64,000 bases of DNA from Octopus sinensis. Lineage: Eukaryota. The stretch spans positions 87,668,001 to 87,732,000 of the forward strand of contig NC_043000.1 in assembly GCF_006345805.1 (NCBI RefSeq). Direction: 5' to 3'. Within the stretch, counting starts at the first letter, position 1; each line of letters starts with the position of its first letter. The position numbers were made by a program, and so were the translations under genes. This document shows positions 13,311 to 24,728 of the stretch, piece by piece. The notes below the pieces were generated by a model that worked only from the letters and a program-made list of their open reading frames with translations, was not told where the DNA came from and did not search any database.

Positions 13311-14112
13311 TTTTGATGGCAATCCCTCAAGGTCAAGGATGATGGTCTTCGCGCAAATTTACTGGTGAGTCCGTAGGTGACCGATAAGACCAATTCTTGC
13401 TTGAAAAGATCGGTCGCAGTGCGGACATCTAGTGCCGAAAGGGAGAGTCGCACGTGGTTGTTGTTGGCGCTCCTTCCGTCGTTGTCTTTTCTCCTCCAGC
13501 TCTGCAGACCTTTTCGACTCGAAAGTCGCCGTTCCCTCATGGATGGTGGTTTTCCAGAGTGGTCTATTTTTTGCCGTTTCCTCCCAGTTAGTGAAGTCGA
13601 TGTCACACTTTTTGAGGTTCGTTTTCAGGGAGTCCTTGTAGCGTTTCTTGCCATCTTTGAGTTGGGAGTAGAAGATCTGTTTGGGAAGTCGTTCGTCAGT
13701 CATTCTAACCACGTGGCCGCTCGATCTTAGTTGGCCTTTGATGACATAGGCTTCGATGCTGGTCATTTTTGCTTCTTGTAGCACGCTGACGTTTGTTCTT
13801 CTGTCTTCCCAGCTGATGTTAAGGATCTTCCGAAGACAGCGTTGGTGTGAAATTTCTCGAGCGTTTTCAGGTGGTGATATAGGGGTCCAGGTTCGGATGC
13901 GTAAAGGAGGGTTGGAATAATGACTGCTCTGTACACCATGAGTTTGATTTCGGTTCGGATGTCCCGATCAGCAAAAACTCTTGTTCGAAGCTTGCCGAAA
14001 GCTGTTCCTGCACACTTCAGACGGTGCTGGATTTTATCGCTGAGGTCTACCTTTGCTGACAGATGGCTCCCAAGGTAGCAGAAATGGTTCACATTTTCCA
14101 GTGGAATTCCTT
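13311..14112 (-). mobile_element. RTE-clade (BovB-like) LINE 3' fragment
   Basis: FCYLGSHLS...YRAVIIPTLLYASE, then GHVVRM..ERLPKQIFYSQL...CPHCDRSFQARIGLIGHLRTH (terminal C2H2). Confidence 0.9.
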
Positions 14113-14115
14113 CGA

Positions 14116-14494
14116 GTTAGTTTTGATGGGTAAGTGGGGCGGGGTCAGTATTATTTAGGTGCGGGTTACCTCATTTAATTAAGCACATTTTTTCTCACGT
14201 GTGCTTCTCGTTTTACAGATGTACATACATACATAGGTATGTATGTATGTTTGTATCTCGAAGGATACATCTCGTTTTACAGATGCACATACATACATAC
14301 ATAGGTATGTATGTATGTATGTATCTCGAAGGATACATACATACATACATACATACATACATACATACATACATACCTATGTATGTGCATCTGTAAAACG
14401 AGATGCACACGTGAGAAAAAATGTGCTTAATTAAACGAGGTAACCCGCACCTAAATAATACTGACCCCGCCCCACTTACCTATCAAAACTAACC
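14116..14494. mobile_element. Palindromic MITE with ~120-bp TIRs and a (CATA)n centre
   Basis: gttagttttgatgggtaagtggggcgggg... / ...ccccgccccacttacctatcaaaactaacc. Abuts the 5' break of the RTE fragment. Confidence 0.85.
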
Positions 14495-14637
14495 AATCTA
14501 CCACAAGCAAACCTCTACGCAGCGAATTTACCAGTGCAAGAACAAAATCTTAATGTAAGAATTACCACTTTGTTTACATTACCATCACATGTGTATCAAT
14601 CATTTTCACATCCTAACCGATGCATCTATCTATATTC

Positions 14638-14688
14638 GCATTCTGAAGAGATTTACTTACTCCAGTAAATCGAAACGATCGTAAATAC
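14638..14688 (+). ncRNA. Type I hammerhead ribozyme with canonical core
   Basis: CTGAAGA 14643-14649, 7-bp helix II GATTTAC/GTAAATC, GAAA, palindromic ACGATCGT, GUA site at 14681-14683, helix I gcatt/aatac. Confidence 0.78.
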
Positions 14689-14790
14689 CACCCTCATCTC
14701 TGCTTCTTACTTCTTTGTTACGTATTTAATTAAAGACATGCCAGCGTAAACCACGAGTTTCCCACTATTATTATTATATCCATTTAATAA

Positions 14791-16693
14791 TGTTGGGTAG
14801 GCAAGAAAATGATTTCGCTTTTCGCAAATAGAGTTACAATTTTTTAAAAAGATTTTTGTGAATGTTATGATTTTTTCCTTTTGACATTTGATAGCCATTA
14901 CTTTTAGCTTACTTTAGAAGTAAATTGCACGTAATTTCGTTTACAGCTGTTAGTATCAATTTTAACATGGAGTGCAAAAGTGAACATTTTCACCATATTT
15001 TGCTTTTTTATTCCCGTAAAGGCAAGAAAGCTGCCGAGGCTCACAAAGAGATATGTGGAGTTTATGGTGTGGATTGCTTAACAGAACACACATGTCAGAA
15101 ATGGTTTAAATAATTCCGTTCTGGAGATTTTCACTCAAAGATGACCAACGCTCTGGTCGATCTACTGAAGTTGAGGATAACCGAATCAAAGCCATAATTG
15201 TATCTAATTATCATATAACTGTGTGCGAGATTGCAGAGAGGTTATATGTATCACACACAACAACTGAAAATCACTTAAAATGTCTTGGTCTCGTTAAGAA
15301 GCTCGATATTTGGGTTCCACATAAATTGAAAGAGATTCACTTAACATAATGAATCAATATTTGTGATATGCATCTCAAACGCAATGAAATCGACGTTCTT
15401 TTGAAACGAATCATCACTGGTGATGAAAAATGGATTGTCTACAATAACATCAATCGAAAACGATCATGGTCCAAGCGTAATGAACCAGCACATCAAAAGC
15501 TGAATTGCAGCAAAAAAGGTCATGCTGTCAATTTGGTGGAATTAAAAAGTTGTATATTTTGAGCTGCTTCCAAGGAACCAAATGATCAATTCAGATGTTT
15601 ACTGTCAACAACTAATGAAACCGGAGGAAGCAATCAAAGAAAAACGGCCAGAATTGGCTAATCGTAATGGAGTCGTGTTCCACTGTGACAACGCTGGACC
15701 ACACACGTCTTTGCTAACTCATGAAAAATTAGTGAAGCTTGGGTGGGAAGTGATGCCACATCCACCATATATCCCTGATCTTGCACCATCAGATTACTAT
15801 TTATTTCGAAGTTTTCAAAATTCTTTGCATGGTAAAATTTTCAATAATGATGATGACCTCAAATCACACTTGCTCCAGGATTTGGCTGATAAAGACCAAA
15901 AGTTCTATTTGCACAGAATAGTGAAGTTGCCAGAATAATGAAGTTGGCAAAAGGTCATCGAACAAAATAGAAAATATATAATTGACTAGCTTAAGGTGAC
16001 CCGCTCTACGCGCGGGTAAGAGTGTGGTATATATAAATGTATACAAATTATATATATATATATATATAAATACAGATATATACACTTTGTATATATACAT
16101 TATATATACATATTTATATATAGATACACACACACACACACACACACATATATAAATTAACCCAATAAATATCTGATTCATAATATTTGTTCTCATGATT
16201 GTGTGGTGTTTGTGGCGATGATAATTCTCTGTATGAATGCAGACAGACGTAGAGAGAGAGTGTGTGAAAGCGCTGTGGAAGGCAGGGAGGAGAGGGGGAG
16301 ATATAGAACGCCATTTGACGAAGTTATAAAGAGAAAGTGAAGGGGAGTTAGACGCCGTTATCGACGTTATATATAGAAAGTTATGGGAAGGGAGGAAAGA
16401 TAGTGAGTGACGGAGGAAGACAGATACATAAGAGAATGAGAGTCGACTTGTCAAAGTGCGTTTTTGGCCCTAGCAACACCTTTTAAGATAGGGATTTCTA
16501 ACCTAGCCCACTGGCATCCTCAGCTCATTTTACATGTCCCTGTAAATTTTGGAGTTAATCCGACGGGATGTAGTGGCCTTTAAACCGTTCCAGACAAACA
16601 AACTTTTCGCATTTCAGTTTTATAAATAGAGATTAAAAAATTACTTTTATTTCACACTAAAAAACACGAAATTACTTTCTTGCCAACCTAATA
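14791..16693 (+). mobile_element. Mariner transposon with decayed DD34D transposase (14967 to the Helitron junction at 15985)
   Basis: TIRs TGTTGGGTAGGCAAGAAAATGATTTCG (14791) and CGAAATTACTTTCTTGCCAACCTAATA (16667). Motifs WVPHKL, TGDEKW, HCDNAGPH, HPPYIPDLAPSDY. Confidence 0.92.
15986..16632 (-). mobile_element. Non-autonomous Helitron
   Basis: Minus strand starts TC at 16632 and ends CTAG at 15986. Hairpin ACCCGC-N7-GCGGGT (15999-16017) lies 9 nt from the CTAG. Inserted between A and T with no TSD. Confidence 0.85.
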
Positions 16694-16697
16694 TATA

Positions 16698-16733
<36 letters not shown>

Positions 16734-16914
16734 TGCGTGTGTGTGTTTGTACGTACGTGCGTGTATGTGTATGTTTGTGTGTGTATGCGTGTGTTTGTGT
16801 GTGTGTACGTGCGTGTGTATGCGTGCTTGTGTGTGTATGCGTGCTTGTGTGCGCGCGCGTGTGTGTGTGTAAGTGCGTGTGTGTGTATGTTTGTGTGTGT
16901 GTGTGTGTGCGTGT

Positions 16915-17240
16915 AGAAGACGCATTGTTCAGTGATCAGAGCGTCGGGCTTACAATCATGAGGTAGTGAGTTTGATTCTCGGACCGGGCTGCCTGTTGTG
17001 TTCTTGAGCAATGTGTATTTTACGTTCCTCCAGTTCACTAAGTTGTAGAAATGAGTTGCAACGTCACTGGTGCCAAGCTGTATCGACCTTTACCTTTCCT
17101 TTGGATAACATCGGTAGCATGGAGAGGTGAGGCTGGTATGTATGGGCGACTGTTGGTCTTCTATAAAGAACCTTACCCAGACTTGTGCCTCGGAGGGGAA
17201 CTTTCTAGTGCATCCCATGGTCATTCATGACCGAAGGGAT
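16915..17240 (+). mobile_element. tRNA-headed SINE with a central gtgt(c/t)cttgagcaa core
   Basis: A/B-box-like head. Related heads at 18024-18316 (-) and ~5390-5580 (+). Confidence 0.65.
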
Positions 17241-17470
17241 CTTTACCCATTTTTTTTTATATATAATAGAATAGGAAATAGAAAGTCAGTGATACAGTAT
17301 TATATATTTGGGAAAATGAATAGAAATGGCTTTGGCTTATCTGATAATCTTTCCATTTTAATAATTATATGTTTATAAATTATTTGATTTATATAAACAT
17401 CTAATTATTAAAGTGGAAAGATGATAAAAAAAGATATTTCTATTAATTTTTTTCAAATATATATATATTC

Positions 17471-17927
17471 GTTAGAAAAGTGCTCCCACGTGGATAAGAG
17501 TTGTTTTGACTCTTATTCTTAGCAATGCTGGTGCTGACTACCACCGTCAGTCACTTTAGTGACGACTATTCTTGTGCCTTTCGGTTGTAAATCGCAAATA
17601 GTCACTTTAATAATTTATAATTCTCACTTCACCATTTTCGAAATCAGTCAATGTTTCCTATGGTGTTAAGGTGAGTTAAGTTTTTAACCCCCGGCGGTGG
17701 AGTAATGGGTCACTGATGAAGATTAATCAAATCTGAAATCATCGATGCTATAACTCCAGCTCGCTTGCCGTAGAGAGCTTGTCTCCATTATAGGTGGTTA
17801 GAAAAGTGCTCTCATGTTGGTTTGATTCTTATTCCTAGCATTGCTGGTGCTGACTAGCACTCTCAATCACTTTGGTGGCAACTATACTCGTGCCTTTCGG
17901 TTGTAAATTGCGAGTAGCCACCTTATT

Positions 17928-17931
<4 letters not shown>
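17471..17931 (+). repeat. Direct duplication with period 326 bp (about 1.4 units)
   Basis: 17471-17615 matches 17797-17931 (gttagaaaagtgctc...cctttcggttgtaaat), roughly 80% by eye. Confidence 0.8.
17706..17757 (+). ncRNA. Type I hammerhead motif inside a 326-bp tandem duplication
   Basis: CTGATGA 17713-17719, helix II AGATT/AATCT, GAAA, near-palindromic A(T)CATCGATGCT, CUA site, helix I gggtca/taactc (5 of 6 pairs). Confidence 0.65.
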
Positions 17932-18023
<92 letters not shown>

Positions 18024-18024
<1 letters not shown>

Positions 18025-18316
18025 CAGGAGCACTCCGTCGGTTTCGACGACGAGGGTCCCAGCTGATACGATCAACGGAACAACTTGCTCGTGAAATTAA
18101 CGTGTAAGTGGCTGAGCACTCCACAGACACGTGTACCCTTAACGTAGTTCTCGGGGAGATTCATCGTGACACTGTGTGACAAGGCTGGTCCTTTGAAATA
18201 CAGGTACTACTCATTTTTGCCAGCTGAGTGGACTGGAGCAACGTGAAATAAAGTGTCTTGCTCAAGGACACAATGCGCCGCCGGGAATCGAACTCACAAC
18301 CTTACGATCATGAGCC
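18024..18316 (-). mobile_element. tRNA-headed SINE
   Basis: Minus strand ggctcatgatcgtaaggttgtgagttcgattcccggcggcgcattgtgtccttgagcaagacac (B box GTTCGATTCC). Confidence 0.75.
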
Positions 18317-18500
18317 TTTACAATATATATATATATATGTACAGATTTATATATATATATATATATATTATATTAAATTAGAGACAAAACCACTATTAGG
18401 CAAATCATACAATGAAAAACTTAAGCCAATACATAAGATTATTTAATTTATATTATTTAAATATATAACAAAATTATTAAAAAATATAATTAATATATAT

Positions 18501-18753
18501 ATATTGTTATATTTCGGAATGGTCATATTGCCAGTTTAGTCAATAAAAACACACGCACTATATATTTGGTGTTATTTTGCTTCAGTGTTATTTATTTTTT
18601 ACATTAATCTTAATCTTATTTCGGCCAGAGTTCTTTCGTCACACTCCTGTGACCGCATCGGTGGTCCTTTGTTTTCTTCTTACTTATTTTATATAGTGCG
18701 TTTGTTTTTATTGGCTAAACTGGCAATATGACCATTCCGAAATATAACAATAT
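18501..18753. repeat. Fold-back element with ~60-bp inverted arms; third arm copy at ~19648-19690
   Basis: atattgttatatttcggaatggtc...cactatat / atatagtgcg...gaccattccgaaatataacaatat. Confidence 0.85.
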
Positions 18754-18807
18754 CTGTTTCAACACACGAGTTCACATAGAAAATCTTGCACAACAAATAT
18801 TTAAACG

Positions 18808-18839
<32 letters not shown>

Positions 18840-19200
18840 TATATAAAAGGGCTTAGTAAAATAAATTACTTTGCCGCATACTGAACTTTATTTTACTAAG
18901 CCCTTTTATATAATGTAATAATTTGAATTCGCCTTAAATGGTCCCTTTGCATACTGAATACTTGGTGAAATTGATTAATTAATTAATTTTACCCTCAATT
19001 GTTGAAATTATATATATATAATATATATATATAATATATATATATATATGTATTTTATTTATTACACTATTGTATGACTGAGCGCCCTCGCGTCGATTCG
19101 ATTCGTTTGGTTTGGTTTCGTTTCTTCTTCTTCTCTAAGCTGGTTTATATATATATAGGTGAGAAAGTTGGTGTGTGAAAGCACGTGGTTGAATATATAG

Positions 19201-19566
19201 AAAATAGTAAAAAGTGAAAAAATTACAGAAGGCTTGTTTTAAAAGGTTAAAAAATATATTTGAGTCATTATGTCAGAAGAATGTTATAAAATGTTTTCAT
19301 ACAGTGACATAGTTTTTGAAGAAATTACCGGTTTCGTGTTAACTTCTCAAATTTCTCAAAATATCGTGTTATGTCTTCGTTATATCTTCATAACGAAGAC
19401 ATAACCCGATGTTTTGAGAAATTTAAAAAGTTAACACGAAACGGGTAATTTCTTCAAAAACTATGTCACTGTATGAAAAAATATTATAACATTCTTCTGA
19501 CATAATGACTCAAATATATTTTTTAACCTTTTAAAACAAGCCTTCTGTAGTTTTTCCACTTTTTAC

Positions 19567-19572
<6 letters not shown>
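19201..19572. repeat. Long palindrome with ~183-bp arms and a 6-nt loop
   Basis: 19201-19383 is the near reverse complement of 19390-19572. Confidence 0.9.
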
Positions 19573-19637
<65 letters not shown>

Positions 19638-19941
19638 ATATATATATATTGTATTTCGGAATGGTCATTTTGCCAGTTTAGCCAATAAATCTATATATAT
19701 ATATATATATATATATAAGGGGAAGTAATAAAAATCAACGAAAATGCACATTGTAAATAAAAAAGAAAAGGCTTTATATGAAAGGTAACGACAGATATAT
19801 ACAATTAAATGAACTGATGTAGTAATAAAGTCATTATTATGATATTATTAAAGAGATTCAAGTATACCTCGGTTTCGTAAGATATTATTCATTGCTTTGA
19901 ATGAACACCGGTTTATTTCTATTATACACACACACACACGC

Positions 19942-20048
<107 letters not shown>

Positions 20049-20123
20049 TGTGTGTGTGTGTGTGTATGGGTGTGTGTGTGTGTGTCAAATGAAAGACAAG
20101 ATGGAATATACGAGAATTTACCA

Positions 20124-20234
20124 TTAATCACGACAATTGTTTCGACACATCTAGCATCAATTCCTGTTGAATGGGAACTCAACAACTGGTTCAGGAGCAT
20201 CCAGTGGTGCAGATGTATCTCGTCGGGTGATAAA
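20124..20234 (-). ncRNA. Type I hammerhead-like motif with long branched helix II and U4C core change
   Basis: Minus strand: TTTATCAC-CCGACGA-GATACATCT...AGATGTGTC-GAAA-CAATTG-TC-GTGATTAA. Confidence 0.65.
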
Positions 20235-20410
20235 TAAATACAACTCGTTAAAATGACTGTTCCAACATGTAACCTTCTGTTTTGTAGAAAGAAAAGCAGC
20301 CAAACTGAGGAAATATCTTTATTTATATAGAAGGGAAAAAATAAAATCACAGATGGCAAAAAGAGAAACGAACAAGCAATCCAGAGAGAAAAGTACATAC
20401 ATATACACAC

Positions 20411-20517
<107 letters not shown>

Positions 20518-20577
20518 AGTATATCTATGTATTTATGCACACACACACACGCATTCACACATTTTGATAACTTTGTG

Positions 20578-20850
20578 AGGGCGCATGGCCTAGTGGTTGG
20601 GGAGTTGCATTCACCATCGCTAGATCTTGGCTTCCATTCATAGACCTGGTGGTGAGTTGTGATCTCGTGTTGCACTGTGATCACTTTGACACATGACGCA
20701 TGCTACACAGTGCGCCTGTTCAGACAACGATTTGATGGAGAGAGCGAGCTAATGTGCGGCACGAACATTTGATCACTACAAACAAACCATTGGTGCAGGT
20801 CGTTCGGCAAAAACTGGAAGCTCATACGTCATTTTCGACGAGAGAGTTCA
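20578..20850 (+). mobile_element. SINE family D; minus copy at ~7565-7745, duplicated head at ~21565-21615
   Basis: gggcgcatggcctagtggttgg (A box TGGCCTAGTGG). The 3' part is reverse-complementary to 7565-7745. Confidence 0.7.
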
Positions 20851-20887
20851 TCATATACATTCATACATACATACATACATACATACA

Positions 20888-20923
<36 letters not shown>

Positions 20924-21367
20924 TATATATATGCTGCTTCTTAAACCATTCTGTTGGCCATCGTATCTCGACCAACATGTGTCCCCGCTACCGAAACGGT
21001 AATTATTTCTACGCCAGCTGCTATGTTGTTGTTGTTTCTGTCTCATTTGGTCTAAAGTCGTATGACAACCACCGTTATATATATTTTTGTTTATTCATTA
21101 CTGTTTTCAATTTCGTTTTCGTCTCTTGTATTTACATCCGTCTTGTGCGTTCACATTCCTGTCTTCTACCAAGAATTCTAATGCTTACAGCGTAGTTTTT
21201 TTTCTTGGGGCTGGCCGAGTTGGAGCAAATATCAGAATTGAACAGCCGAAATTTGCTATGATGATTCGGTGTCTGATTGAAGATTGAAGGCTTCGAATGA
21301 TTTGTCTGTGTTCCGTGTTCGTCCCTTCCTGTATTTCACGTTCATTATATATAAAAACATTCATTCT

Positions 21368-21430
<63 letters not shown>

Positions 21431-22029
21431 ATATATATATGTATACATATGTATGTATGTATGCACACACACATATATATATATATACATATCTATATCT
21501 ACACACAGATACACACACATACACGCACGCGCACACACGCACACACACACACACACACACATGGTTTGATAACTTTGTGAGGGCGCATGGCTTAGTGGTT
21601 GGGGAGTTGCATTCATTAATTTTTTTTGTTTGATCAGTCTTGTAAATATTCTAATTTAGCCTTTCTTCATTTTATGGACCCTTCCAAAACTTTATATTGT
21701 ATATAGCATCGTAATATACTTTATATTATACATTGTGTTTAATGTCATATGCCCAAAGATAATGATTTTATTTATATAATCATCTAACGTCTCTCTTCTA
21801 TGCTGGCTTGGGCTGAATGGTTTGACAGGAACTGGCCAGCCTGGGAGCTGTCCAGACTCCGATTGTCTGTTGTGGCATGGTTCCTACAGCTGGATGCCCT
21901 TTCTAATGCCAACTACTTTACAGACTGCTGGGTGCTTTTTATGTGCCACTGGTACAGGTGGATTTACGCAGCACCAGCACAAGTGCATTTTATGTAGAAA
22001 CGGTACCTGTAAAAGACAAGCCTGCATAT

Positions 22030-22640
22030 ATGGCTGACAATAATTTTACTTAACTTGACACATCCTCTAAAATCGCCTTAACTCCCGGTCCCAGTGAAGC
22101 TCAATCGTCCAAAGATCCTTTCTTACCATGTTGTCCAGCGTCTTCCTGGGCCTACCTTTTCCAAAGTTCCCTCGACAATTAGAGCTCAGCACTTTGTGAA
22201 GCTGTCCTCATCTATACACACCACATGATCAAACCAGCGCAGTATTCACTCTTGCAAACAACATCTGATGCCCCTTATACCCAGTTTTCCTTTTAAATCT
22301 TCTACACTCTGTGGCGTGTGCATACTGACATTACCCATCCAGCAGAGCATTTCTTTCAAGCTTTTGCATGTTCTCTGTAGTCAAAGCTCATGTTTCACTG
22401 TCATGTAGCATAGCTGTACGTACACAGGTACCATAAAATCTGCCTTTCATTGAGAAAAAGGCTCTTAGTTACCAACAAAGGTAGAATCTCTCAGAATTTG
22501 CCCAGCCTGTCCTTATTCTAGCAATTACATTTTGAGAACTTCTTTCTTCACTGGTATCTTGGTCACCTAGGTAACAGAAGCTATCTACTATTAATGATCA
22601 CCTTGAGCATTTGAGGGAGTCTATTGTCTGTGCATTTTTA
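22030..22640 (-). mobile_element. RTE LINE C-terminal fragment
   Basis: Reverse-complement similarity to 45310-45900 (FCYLGDQ, YxxCVRTAMLH). Confidence 0.7.
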
Positions 22641-22739
22641 GTGCTTATGGCACCTGCAATAAGTGTGTGTATGTATAATGTTGTTTAGTATAAAAATGTC
22701 AATTTTTTTGTCAGTAGTAGCCAAAGAGGCCATCTCTTG

Positions 22740-23010
22740 GAAAACAATAGAGAAATGTGTTGGGGGCACTGCTGTTAACAGTGGTTCTTGCAGATATGCC
22801 CTCAGTTAAACAGACAGGCATACTTACAAGCTATGTAGATGGTACAAATGTATTACAGGTGATAAATAACCCTGGCAAGGCTATGCTTATGCAACATGAC
22901 TTAAATGCAACATATAAGCTGACTGAAGAAAGTAATATGCAACTTAATTCTGAAAAATCCTTAGCCTTCCACTACTAGCACAAATAGTTAAATGCAATGC
23001 AGACAAAATG
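22740..23010 (+). mobile_element. CR1/L2-like RT fragment
   Basis: VLGALLLTVVLADMP...TSYVDGT (cf. YADDT)...QHDLNATYK..EESNMQLNSEK. Confidence 0.7.
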
Positions 23011-23336
23011 CATTGTGCTACAATGGATTTCAGTCTCAGAGTCACAATCAGTATGTGATTAGTGTGGTAACATGAGTAATAATGCATTTTCACATGCATA
23101 TCACAAAGGAAGTGATGAAATGTAGATGGCAATTTGTAAGAACTCTCTCAGTCTATGGTTTTCAATGGCACTTTGGTTTTCAAATCCTGCAACTACATGA
23201 AGGACGCTCTATCTCCCGCATAGGTAACTCTGTCTTTTGTAGACAAAATCTATGCCCCAACATCTGATTTTACATATCCCTTTAACTCCTCAACTGTTTT
23301 TATTGACTTAAGACTTGTTTCCTTACACAGTATTCA

Positions 23337-23630
23337 TCATTATCATCATCGTTTAACATCTGCTTTCCATGCTAGCATGGGTTGGACGATTTGACTGAGG
23401 TCTGGTGAACCAGATGGCTGCACCAGATTCCAATCTTGATCTGGCAAAGTTTCAACAGCTGGATGCCCTTTCTAATGCCAACCACTCCGAGAGTGTAGTG
23501 GGTGCTTTTACGTGCCATCGACATGAGGGCCAGTCAGGCAGTACTGGCAATGGCCACGCTCAAATGGTGCTTTTTATGTGCCACCTGCACAGGAGCCAGT
23601 CCAGTGCATGGCAACGACCTCGCTCGAATG
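23337..23630 (-). mobile_element. Family C repeat copy
   Basis: (cat)n-gtttaacatctgctttccatgctagcatgggttgg... Further copies at ~21790-21975(-), 25420-25690(-), 32366-32505(-), 38690-39022(+), 50930-51140(-), 52330-52525(+), 58958-59136(-), 61030-61225(+) and 61520-61720(+). Confidence 0.8.
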
Positions 23631-23869
23631 TTTTGTGGCTTTACATCCTTTATTTAAACACACTGCTTAGACATAAGTATACTGTGCTATTTTTGATTAT
23701 GTATCTGCTGACAGTGTACAAATTTACTGATATATTTCTACTTTTGGTATTTGCTTTTAATATATGTCATATTTTTTTTACTAAGAGTTCATTGCACTCT
23801 TTACAATGCTTTACTTCCTTTATATACACTTTCCATCCGTCTCTGATTTTATATGAATGTATAAATCAA

Positions 23870-24690
23870 AATCAAATCAAATCAAATCAAAATGGATGAA
23901 CATCAATGGAATTTGTATCTCTGTGGTACCAGTGCCGGTGGCACACAAGAAAACCATCCGAACGTGGCCGTAGCCAGTACCGCATCGACTGGCCTCCGTG
24001 CTGTGGGCACGTAACAAACACCATCCGATCGTGGCCGTTCGCCAGCCTCATCTGGCACCTGTGTCGGTGGCACATAAAAACACCATCCGAAGACCCGGCA
24101 AGACTAGTCAGGCCATAACCCGTGGCCCCTACCTGGGACGTAGTCAGTCCACCTGTGCATACCTTCCTTCTTGTGACACTTGTGAAGACCTGTTGAGGCA
24201 AGTGAAAATCAAATCAAAACAAATCAAAGTAGATGAACATCAATGGAATTTGTATCTTTGTGGTACCAGTGCCGGTGGCACACAAGAAAATCATCCGAAC
24301 GTGGCCGTAGCCAGTACCGCATAGACTGGCCTCCGTGCTTTGGGGACGTAACAAACACCATCCGATCGTGGCCGTCCGCCAGCCTCATCTGGCACCTGTG
24401 TCGGTGGCACATAAAAACACCATCCGAGCGTGGCCGTCTGCCAGTCTCGTCTGGCACCTGTGTCGGTGGCACATAAAAACACCATCCGAGCGTGGCCGTT
24501 CGCCAGCCTCGTCTGGCACCTGTGTCGGTGGCACATAAAATCACCCACTACACTCTCGGAGTGGTTGGCGTTAGGAAGGGCATCCAGCTGTAGAAACACT
24601 GCCAGATCTGACTGGCCTGGTGCAGCCTTCGGGCTCCCCAGACCCCAGTTGAACCGTCCAACCCATGCTAGCATGGAAAGCGGACGCTAA

Positions 24691-24726
<36 letters not shown>

Positions 24727-24728
24727 TA
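23870..24728 (+). mobile_element. Tandem dimer of family C repeat (RTE-tail-like, (GAT)n end) with ~62-bp internal subrepeats
   Basis: Period ~337 bp (gatgaacatcaatgg at ~23895 and ~24232). Ends in ccatgctagcatggaaagcggacgctaaa(tga)n. Confidence 0.8.

Noticed and set aside
18610-18670. Minus-strand CCGATGC-GGTCA...TGGCC-GAAA
   Set aside because: Two core substitutions and no helix I; too degenerate to call an HHR.
22920-22960. CTGAAGA...GAAA on the plus strand
   Set aside because: It lies within CR1-like RT coding sequence, and the stem is not adjacent to GAAA.
23930-24540. Regularly spaced repeats superficially like a CRISPR array
   Set aside because: These are tandem subrepeats with no unique spacers, there are no cas genes, and the context is a eukaryotic retroelement.
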